Shown here: piece by piece, positions 10,857-18,299 of the stretch
Layout: each line of letters begins with the position of its first letter
Position numbering within the stretch: the first letter of the stretch is position 1
DNA from: Polyangiales bacterium
Lineage (GTDB): Bacteria; Myxococcota_A; Polyangia; Polyangiales; Ga0077539
Direction: 5' to 3'
Assembly: GCA_044229975.1 (NCBI GenBank)
Contig: JBGARZ010000016.1
Span: 32,001 to 96,000, forward strand
DNA length: 64,000 bases
Made by a program: the position numbers and the translations under genes
Notes under the pieces: generated by a model
Seen by the model: only the letters and a program-made list of their open reading frames with translations
Database searches by the model: none
Told to the model about the DNA's origin: nothing

Positions 10857-12158
10857 GTGACCCACGCATCGCTTCGCAACCGCCTCGTCGCCCTCGGGCA
10901 ATGGGTCGTCCTGGGCGCCGTCGTGGGCCTGTGCTGCGGCCTCTCCTCGGCGCTCTTCCTCCTCCTGCTCGACCACGTCACCGCCATTCGCGGTCGCCGC
11001 GAGACGATCGTCTACGCGCTACCGCTGGCGGGCCTCGTTCTCGGTTGGGTCTACGAGCGCCTCGGGCGGTCGATCAAGGGAGGCAACAACCTCGTCATCG
11101 ACGCCATCCACGACGACGGTCCCGAGATCCCGCTCCGACTGGCGCCGATGGTGCTCGTCGGCACCGTGCTCACCCACCTCTTCGGCGGCAGCGCCGGCCG
11201 CGAAGGAACCGCCGTCCAGATGGGCGCGGGCCTCGCCGACGCGATCGCGCATCGCCTCGCCGTCGACCGCTCGGTCCGTCGTCAGCTCATCGCCGCGGGC
11301 GTCGCCGGTGGCTTCGGTGCGGTCTTCGGCACGCCCATCGCGGGCGCGATCTTCGGCCTCGAGTTCGTCGTGCTGGGCCGCATCGCGTACGGGGCGCTCA
11401 TCCCCGCGCTCGTCGCCTCGTTGGTCGGCGACATGACCACGCGCGCCTGTGGCATCCGACACGCGCACTACCCTGCGGCGCCCCACGTCGCGCTGACGCC
11501 ATCGCTCGCGGTGAAGTGGTTGGTCTTCGCCGCCGCGATGGCCGCCGCGTCGACGGTGTTCATCGAGCTCACGCACTGGATCAAGCGTGAAGGCGAACGA
11601 CGCGTCCCCTCCCTGGGGTGGCGCATGGCGCTGGGCGGCGCGGCCGTGGTCGGGCTCTGGCGCCTGTTTGGCACCAGCGACTACCTCGGCCTCGGCGTGC
11701 CGATGATACTTCGCGCCTTCGAAGACCCGAACGTCCCCGTCTACGCCTTCGCCGCGAAGCTCCTGTTCACGGCCGTCACGCTCGGCGCGGGCTTCCTGGG
11801 GGGCGAGGTCACGCCGCTGTTCTTCGTGGGCGCGTCGCTCGGCAGCGTGCTCGCGCGGGCCTTCGACATCCCTCTCGCGCTCGGCGCGGGCGTCGGCATG
11901 GCGGCGGTCTTCGCGTCGGCCTCCAACGCTCCGCTCGCCCTCTCCGTGATGGCCGTCGAGCTGCTCGGCGGAGGCGCCTTCCCCCACGTCACGCTCGTCT
12001 GCGTCGTGGCCTACGTGCTCACCGGGCACCGCAGCATCTATCCCGCGCAGCGGCTGCTCACCGGCAAGGCAGGCGGCGAGCTCGCGCGCCCGACCGCGCT
12101 CCGAGACCTGGCCCGCGCCGACGCCCCGTCCCCGCCGCCCGATGAGACCCGGGCATGA
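10857..12158 (+). CDS. eriC: CLC-family anion transporter, CLC-F (fluoride/H+ antiporter) clade
   Basis: GNNLV, GREGT and GEVTP signatures replace the canonical GSGIP, GREGP and GxFxP. Confidence 0.85.
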   Translation: MTHASLRNRLVALGQWVVLGAVVGLCCGLSSALFLLLLDHVTAIRGRRETIVYALPLAGLVLGWVYERLGRSIKGGNNLVIDAIHDDGPEIPLRLAPMVLVGTVLTHLFGGSAGREGTAVQMGAGLADAIAHRLAVDRSVRRQLIAAGVAGGFGAVFGTPIAGAIFGLEFVVLGRIAYGALIPALVASLVGDMTTRACGIRHAHYPAAPHVALTPSLAVKWLVFAAAMAAASTVFIELTHWIKREGERRVPSLGWRMALGGAAVVGLWRLFGTSDYLGLGVPMILRAFEDPNVPVYAFAAKLLFTAVTLGAGFLGGEVTPLFFVGASLGSVLARAFDIPLALGAGVGMAAVFASASNAPLALSVMAVELLGGGAFPHVTLVCVVAYVLTGHRSIYPAQRLLTGKAGGELARPTALRDLARADAPSPPPDETRA

Positions 12159-13375
12159 TCGGGCGCATGGCATCGCTCCGGTCTCTGCTCCCGTGGCTCC
12201 TCGCGCCGCTCGTCGCGTGCGCGTCGACGACGCCGTCGTGGGACCCGCTGGCCACCGCCGCGCCAGCCGCTCCGACCGATGTGCCCGCGGTCGCCGCTCC
12301 GGTGACGCGACGCCCGCCCGCGCCTCCGACGCGCTCCGCCTTCGATGCGCTGCCGGGGTGGCGCGACGACAACGTGGCCGAGACGCTCCCCGCGTGGCGG
12401 CGCACCTGCGCGCGGCTGCTGCGTGTGCCCGACGATCGCCCGCTGGGGCCACGGGGCCTCGTCGGCGTCGCCGCAGACTGGAAGGCCCCCTGCCGCGCGC
12501 TCCCTCCGCCCGAGGCCGACGCGGCCGCGGCGCGCGCCTACTTCGAGCGTCACTTCGTGCCGGTGTCCGTCGCCGCGGAGGGCAACGATCGCGGGCTCTT
12601 CACCGGGTACTACGAGCCCGAGCTGCACGGCTCGCGCACCCGCAGCAGGCGCTTCCATGTGCCGCTGTACGCGCGCCCGTCGGATCTCCTCTCGTCGAGC
12701 GCGCACCGTGGTGCCGTGCGCCGCGTCGGAGGGCGTCTGCGCCCCTACTGGACCCGCGCGCAGATCGCGGCGGGCGCGCTGCGTCGGCGAGCGCGGGTGG
12801 TGGTGTGGGTCGACGATGCGGTGGACGCGTTCTTCCTTGAGATCCAGGGGTCGGGGCGCGTGGTGTTGGAGGACGGCTCGGTGATGCGGGTCCACTACGA
12901 CGTGAGCAACGGCCACCCGTACGTCCCCATCGGTCGGGTGCTCATCGAGCGGGGTGCGCTCCAGGCGGGCGAGGTGTCGCTGCAGTCGATCCGCGCGTGG
13001 CTCGTCGCGCACCCGCGCGAGTCTCAGGCCGTGATGGACCGCAACCCGTCGTATGTGTTCTTTCACGAGAGCGAGCAGGGGGCGACGGGCTCCGAGGGCG
13101 TGGTGCTCACGGCTGGTCGCAGCCTCGCCGTCGACACGCGCTTCATCCCGCTGGGGGCGCCGTTGTTCCTCGATCTTGCGCCGCTGGAGGGCGTCGGTGT
13201 CATCCGTCGACTCGTCGTCGCGCAGGACACCGGCGGCGCGATCCGGGGCGTGGTGCGCGGCGACCTCTTCTGGGGCAACGGGCCCGACGCCCACGACCGC
13301 GCCGGGCGGATGCAGCAGCAGGGTCGCTACTGGATGCTGGTGCCGCCGTCGGTCGCGGCGCAGGTGCGGTGGTGA
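12155..13375 (+). CDS. mltA: Membrane-bound lytic murein transglycosylase A (lipoprotein)
   Basis: Lipobox LVAC, FTGYYEP, FFLEIQGSG, NPSYVFF, 3D domain AVD...QDTGGAIRG...DLFWG. Confidence 0.93.
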   Translation: MIGRMASLRSLLPWLLAPLVACASTTPSWDPLATAAPAAPTDVPAVAAPVTRRPPAPPTRSAFDALPGWRDDNVAETLPAWRRTCARLLRVPDDRPLGPRGLVGVAADWKAPCRALPPPEADAAAARAYFERHFVPVSVAAEGNDRGLFTGYYEPELHGSRTRSRRFHVPLYARPSDLLSSSAHRGAVRRVGGRLRPYWTRAQIAAGALRRRARVVVWVDDAVDAFFLEIQGSGRVVLEDGSVMRVHYDVSNGHPYVPIGRVLIERGALQAGEVSLQSIRAWLVAHPRESQAVMDRNPSYVFFHESEQGATGSEGVVLTAGRSLAVDTRFIPLGAPLFLDLAPLEGVGVIRRLVVAQDTGGAIRGVVRGDLFWGNGPDAHDRAGRMQQQGRYWMLVPPSVAAQVRW

Positions 13376-13418
13376 GCGGGTGCGATGGCTGTCCATCACC
13401 GACAACCCGAGGGGCGTT

Positions 13419-13919
13419 CTACACGGCGGGCTTGGGCGCCTCGTACTCGTCGCGTCGGCGCACCCAGAACATCCCCCTGCCGTCCTCGTCCCGACCGAGC
13501 GGCGTGAGGTCGAGCAGGTGGTAGACGTTCATCAGCGCGTCGACGCCTCGCCCGAAGGTCGAGTACGCGTGGAAGACGTCGCCGCCGTCGCGCAGGAAGG
13601 TGCTGAACCCCGGCGCCTCGGTCGTCCCGAAGGCGGTGCGTTGGTAGTTGTACTCGACGCTCTTCGCGTCGACGTCCTCCTGGCGAAACGACACCCGGTA
13701 GTCGAAGTTGAACTCGGTGTTCGACGACGACACCCATGGGAAGGTCCACCCCATGCGCCGCTCGTACGCGTCGAGCTTCTCGAAGGGCGCACGCGAGACG
13801 GCGACGAAGGACGTGTCGCGCGCGGCGAGGTGCACCACCGTGCGGTCGAAGGTCTCCGCGACGAGCGAGCAGCTCTTGCACCCGGCCTCCCACGAGGGCG
13901 CGAACATGAATTGGTAGAG
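13419..13919 (-). pseudogene. DUF899 thioredoxin-like protein, 5'-truncated
   Basis: Family-like sequence begins abruptly at LYQFMFAPSWEAGCKSCS and continues ...FPWVSS...FNFDY...FHAYST.GRG...LLDLTPLGR. The usual N-terminal helical segment is absent. A residual ATG lies at 13907. Confidence 0.7.
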
Positions 13920-14456
13920 TGGTTTGCGCGCGACGAGGAGCTCGTGGCCTTCGACCCCGCGGCCGAGCGCATCGTGCGTCGCTTCCCGATGGACTCCGCG
14001 AAGGGCGGCACGGCCTTCGACGGCGCGCGCCTGTACCAGCTCTCGCGATCGCAGATCCTCGTCATCGACGCGGACAGCGGCGAGGTGCTTCGACGACTGG
14101 CCGCGCCGGGCGAGGGGTGCAGCGGCATGGCCTGGGCCGACGGCTACCTCTGGGTCGGCCAGTGGAGCGGTCGGAGGATTCTCAAGGTCGACGCGCAGAC
14201 GGGCGAGGTGGTGAAGACGCTCGGCTCCGATCGCTTCGTCACGGGTGTGTCCTGCCTCGACGGCGCGCTCTGGCACGGGGCGGCGGGCGATGACGGGCCC
14301 TCCGAGCTCCGTCGGCTCGCTCCCGACGGAACGGTCGACGAGGTCGTGTCCGTTCCGGTTCGCATGATCGCGGGCGTCGAGCGAACGCCGGACGGCGACT
14401 TCTGGTGCGCCGGAGAAGAAGGCACGCTGCGCCTCATCCGACGACGCGCGGGCTGA
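13911..14456 (+). pseudogene. Glutamine cyclotransferase-like beta-propeller, probably 5'-truncated
   Basis: WFA...GGTAFDG...SGMAWADGYLWVGQ...SDRFVTGV...LWHG repeats. Family-like sequence starts at the same point as the opposite DUF899 remnant. Only a TTG without RBS is available as start. Confidence 0.6.
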
Positions 14457-14558
14457 TCAGCTCGACGACGGTCAGGGTCGCGGTCACCGGGTCGTTGGCG
14501 TTGTGTTTGGACGGCTCGATCGCCGCCGCCGTATGTTCGCGCCGAGATCGAGGACGAT

Positions 14559-15875
14559 GTGACTCTCCCCCACCAACCCCTGCAAAACTGGGCGCGCTCG
14601 ACGGCCTTCACCCCCGCGGCGATCGACCGCCCCGCCTCGCTCGATGCGCTGCGGGCCGCGGTCGCGCGAGCCGCGGCGAGCGGGGCGAAGGTGAAGGTCT
14701 ACGGCACGGGCCACTCGTGGTCGGAGGCCAACCACACCGACGGTCACGCCATCGTGCTCGACGGCCTCCGCGACGTCCGCGTCGACGCCGCCGCGCGTCG
14801 GGTCGTCGCGCAGGGCGTGGCGCGCATCCACGCCGTCAACCGCGCGCTCCACGACGCCGGGCTCGCGCTGGAGAACCTCGGCTCCATCTCCGAGCAGACC
14901 CTCGCGGGCGCCGTCGCGACCGGGACGCATGGATCGGGCGTTCGCTTCGGGGTCATGGCCACGCAGGTCGTCGCGATGACCCTCGTCACCGCCGACGGCG
15001 AGGCGCGCGCGGTGAGCGCCGAGAGCGACCCCGAGCTGTTCGCTGGGGCGCGCGTGGGCTTCGGCGCCTTCGGTGTGATCGCGGACCTGACGCTCGCGTG
15101 CGTGCCGGCCTTCGACCTCGAAGAGAAGACGACGGTGCTGCCCTTCGGTGAAGCGTTTGGTGCCGCGACCATCGCGCGGGTCGAGCGCAACGACCACGCG
15201 CAGTTCTTCTGGCTGCCGCACACCGACGCCGCGCTGCTCTTCGAGCGCAACCGCGCGACCACGCCGCCCGCGCGACCGAGCCCGCCGGGACCGGCGCCCA
15301 TCCGTCACGCCGAAAACGTCGGATTCGGTGCGCTCCTCGCGCTCGGCGATACCTTTCCGGCGGCGATCCCGACGCTCAACCGTGTAGCGCGTGGGGCTCT
15401 CTACAAGACGGGCACGCGCGTCGACCGGAGCGACCTCGTGCTCAACAACCCGCTGCCGCCGCGCTACGTCGAGTCCGAGTACGCGATTCCCATCGAGCGC
15501 ACCGCCGAGGCCATGAACGCGCTTCGTGCGCTGGTCGAGCGCGAGGGCCTGCGGCTCAACTTCCCCGTCGGCGTGCGCTTCACCCGCGGCGACGAGCTCT
15601 GGATGAGCCCGGCGTATGGCCGCACGAGCTGCTTCGTCGGACTGATGATCGCGGGCGGCGGACCGCGCCTCGCGAGGGCGTTCGAGGCCTTCGAGGCGCT
15701 GATGAAGGGCTTCGGCGGTCGACCGCACTGGGGCAAGGTCTTCCATGCGACGCCGGCCGAGCTGCGCGGGATGTACCCCGAGACCTACGAGCGCTTCGCC
15801 GCGCTGCTCGCGCGCACCGACCCGACGGGGCTCTTCCGAACGCCCTTCGTCGAGCGGCACTTCCGCCCGGGCTGA
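14559..15875 (+). CDS. FAD-linked oxidoreductase, D-arabinono/L-gulono-lactone oxidase family
   Basis: QNWA, GTGHSWS (covalent-FAD His), QTLAGAVATGTHGSG, ESEYAIP, GRPHWGK. Confidence 0.88.
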   Translation: MTLPHQPLQNWARSTAFTPAAIDRPASLDALRAAVARAAASGAKVKVYGTGHSWSEANHTDGHAIVLDGLRDVRVDAAARRVVAQGVARIHAVNRALHDAGLALENLGSISEQTLAGAVATGTHGSGVRFGVMATQVVAMTLVTADGEARAVSAESDPELFAGARVGFGAFGVIADLTLACVPAFDLEEKTTVLPFGEAFGAATIARVERNDHAQFFWLPHTDAALLFERNRATTPPARPSPPGPAPIRHAENVGFGALLALGDTFPAAIPTLNRVARGALYKTGTRVDRSDLVLNNPLPPRYVESEYAIPIERTAEAMNALRALVEREGLRLNFPVGVRFTRGDELWMSPAYGRTSCFVGLMIAGGGPRLARAFEAFEALMKGFGGRPHWGKVFHATPAELRGMYPETYERFAALLARTDPTGLFRTPFVERHFRPG

Positions 15876-15978
15876 CCGGTCGTCGGCGGACCTCCGGTCG
15901 GGCCCGCAGTGCGCCGATTGCACGCCCTCGCGCACGTTCTGCTCTGCGCGCGATCGGGCGGTGACTTGCGCCACCCGG

Positions 15979-15994
15979 CGGCACGATGGCTGCT
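15979..15994 (+). promoter_or_regulatory. Sigma54 -24/-12 promoter of the globin-coupled kinase
   Basis: CGGCACGATGGCTGCT matches TGGCACG-N4-TTGC with exact GG-N10-GC spacing, about 45 nt before the ATG. Confidence 0.6.
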
Positions 15995-16038
15995 CAGACC
16001 GTTGGCTTCGTCGCGCGACAGGCGCGACCCTGTGCGCG

Positions 16039-17652
16039 ATGACCGAGCCGACCGCCGAGACCTTGTTCGACGAGATGAAGCGCTACGTGCGCTTCACGGA
16101 CGACGACGCCCGCGCGCTGGCCGCCTTCGGCGAAGTGGCGACGCCCCACTTCGAGCGCATCGCGGCGGAGTTCTACGAGCGGGTGCGCGAGCACGAGGAG
16201 GCCCACGCGGTCTTCACCGGCGAGGAGCAGATCGAGCGTCTGCGGCGCTCGCTCGTGCGGTGGATGGACCGCCTCTGCCGCGGCCCGCACGACGAGTCGT
16301 ACTACGCCGAGCGGGCGCGCATCGGTCGCGTCCACGTTCGCATCGGGCTGCCGCAGCGGTACATGTTCACGGCGATGGCGCTCATCCGCGGCGCCTTCGA
16401 GGTGCTCGCGGAGGGGATGGACGCGGCGGCGGCGACGGCCACGCGCGCGGCGCTCGGTCGGGTGCTCGACCTGGAGCTCGCCATCATGCTGGAGACCTAC
16501 CGCGAGTCCTACGTCGAGCGCCTCCAGCGCACCGCGCGGCAGGAGAACGACCGCCTGCGCGGAGAGCTGGCGCGCAGCGAGCACCGGGCCGCGAGCGCCG
16601 TCGAGCTCGCTCGCGTGATCGTGGTGGGCACCGACGACGCGGGCGCGATCGTGCTCTTCAACCACGAGGCCGAGCGGGTCACCGGGTACGCCGCGGACGA
16701 GGCCCTCGGTCGCGCCTTCGTGGAGCTGCTCGTGCCCGCTCCGCTGCGCGACAGCGACGGGGCGCGATTTCTACGAGCCGCCGCGGGACACGTCTCCGCC
16801 CCGGAGACCTGGGAGTCGCTGCTGCGGGCGCGATCGGGCCGCGAGCGGCTGGTGCGCTGGATCCTCTCGCCGGTCGCCCCGACGCCCGACGACACCGTCG
16901 CCCTCTACGCCGTCGGGCAGGACGTCACCGACGAAAACGCCCTGCGCGAACGCACGCGCCAGAGCGAGCGCCTCGCCGCCGTCGGAACGCTCGCGGCGGG
17001 CCTCGCCCACGAGATTCGCAATCCCCTCAACGGCGCGCTGCTGCACGTGACCTACCTCGAACGCGCGCTCAAGCGCTCCGACGGGAGCCCCGAGGCGCTG
17101 GAGGCGACGCGCTTCATCGGCGTCGAGATCCAGCGGCTGTCGGCGCTGGTGCGCGACTTCCTCGTCTTCGCCCGCCCGGTGCCGCCCGACCGGCGGTTGT
17201 GTTCGCTCCCGGAGGTGTGTCGTCGCGCTGCGGCGGTGGTCGCCGTCGACGCCGATCGCGCGGGGGCGGAGGTCACCGTCGACCTGCCCGCGGCCGACCT
17301 CGTGGTGCCCATCGACGCGGGCAAGATCGAGCAGGTGCTGCTCAACCTCCTCCGCAACGCCCTCGACGCCGTCGGGGCGCAGCGCGGCGGTCGCGTCACG
17401 CTGCGGGTGCGCCGCGAGCCCCGGCAGGCGCTCGTCGAGGTGGAGGACGACGGGCCCGGGTTGCCCTCGCCCGACGCGCCCATCTTCGATGCGTTCTATT
17501 CGACCAAGGCGCAGGGCACGGGGCTGGGTCTCTCCATCGTGCACCGTGTGGTGGGCGACCATGGCGGAGCCATCGACGTCGAGAGCCGCCCGGGGCGCAC
17601 GGTGTTTCGCGTGCGACTGCCGCTCTCGACGGACGCCCCGGTCAGGCCGTAG
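16039..17652 (+). CDS. Globin-coupled sensor histidine kinase (protoglobin-PAS-HisKA-HATPase)
   Basis: ETLFDEMKRYVRF...AEFYERV...RIGRVHVRIGLPQRYMF resembles the Anaeromyxobacter AfGcHK globin (distal Tyr, proximal His). H-box LAHEIRNPLN. Confidence 0.9.
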   Translation: MTEPTAETLFDEMKRYVRFTDDDARALAAFGEVATPHFERIAAEFYERVREHEEAHAVFTGEEQIERLRRSLVRWMDRLCRGPHDESYYAERARIGRVHVRIGLPQRYMFTAMALIRGAFEVLAEGMDAAAATATRAALGRVLDLELAIMLETYRESYVERLQRTARQENDRLRGELARSEHRAASAVELARVIVVGTDDAGAIVLFNHEAERVTGYAADEALGRAFVELLVPAPLRDSDGARFLRAAAGHVSAPETWESLLRARSGRERLVRWILSPVAPTPDDTVALYAVGQDVTDENALRERTRQSERLAAVGTLAAGLAHEIRNPLNGALLHVTYLERALKRSDGSPEALEATRFIGVEIQRLSALVRDFLVFARPVPPDRRLCSLPEVCRRAAAVVAVDADRAGAEVTVDLPAADLVVPIDAGKIEQVLLNLLRNALDAVGAQRGGRVTLRVRREPRQALVEVEDDGPGLPSPDAPIFDAFYSTKAQGTGLGLSIVHRVVGDHGGAIDVESRPGRTVFRVRLPLSTDAPVRP

Positions 17653-18076
17653 CGACGGTTCGCACCACCAGCACCGGTCGGTCGAGGTGCGTGACCACCC
17701 GGCTCGCGGTTGTGCCGAGCAGCCCGTCGAGCGCCCGATGACCGTGCGCGCCAATCACCACCAGCGCCGCGTCTTCGTGGCGCGCGACGTCGCAGATGAC
17801 CCGCCACGCCGCGCCGTACTCCACGCGCACCCGGGCCTCGATGCCCGACGGCAGCAACGCGCGCAGCGCTTCGAGCTCCTCGCGGGCGCTGCGCTCGACG
17901 AGCGAGGCGACCTGGTCGGGCGCCAGGGCGTACGCCTCCAGCGGGAGCTCGGTGGGGATGCCGAGCGCGCGGAGCAGCACGAGCTCGGCGCCGCGCCAGC
18001 GTGCCTCTTCGACGGCGGTCGCGAGCACGGCCTGGACGATCGGGGTGGAGTCGACGGGGACCAGGATCTTCGTCAT
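17642..18076 (-). CDS. Universal stress protein (single Usp domain)
   Basis: KILVPVDS...LVVIGAHG...LLGTTASRVV...PVLVVR; GAAGGAG RBS upstream. Confidence 0.9.
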   Translation of the reverse strand: MTKILVPVDSTPIVQAVLATAVEEARWRGAELVLLRALGIPTELPLEAYALAPDQVASLVERSAREELEALRALLPSGIEARVRVEYGAAWRVICDVARHEDAALVVIGAHGHRALDGLLGTTASRVVTHLDRPVLVVRTVATA

Positions 18077-18110
18077 GGAATGGGTGTCTCCTTCGGTGAC
18101 AATGGCAGTG

Positions 18111-18126
18111 AGCAGGAGGCATGCCC
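18111..18126 (-). promoter_or_regulatory. Sigma54 -24/-12 promoter of usp
   Basis: Minus strand GGGCATGCCTCCTGCT has GG-N10-GC spacing, about 35 nt before the ATG. Confidence 0.5.
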
Positions 18127-18183
18127 AGCGCCGATGGACGCAGGAAGCACGCAGGCCGCGCAGCGGGCCCTCGGCGGTGCGGA

Positions 18184-18219
18184 GCGCAGGCCGTGCATCG
18201 GAGGCGCAGCATGTGCGCC
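18184..18219. promoter_or_regulatory. Tandem palindromic candidate enhancer (bEBP binding) sites
   Basis: GGCGCA-GCATG-TGCGCC (18203-18219, perfect arms) next to GCGCA-GGCCG-TGCAT (18184-18198), about 60-95 bp upstream of the usp -24 element. Confidence 0.45.
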
Positions 18220-18299
18220 GGTCGGGGGGAGTGGCCCGCGGTGGCCGCAAGGGAAGGCATGCGGGTGGCTCTGGTGCTGATACGGTCGCCCCGCCCCCG

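Noticed and set aside
13053..14456. 467-aa ORF as a single protein
   Set aside because: Only the last ~180 aa look like a real protein; the rest overlaps mltA out of frame and the DUF899 remnant antisense.
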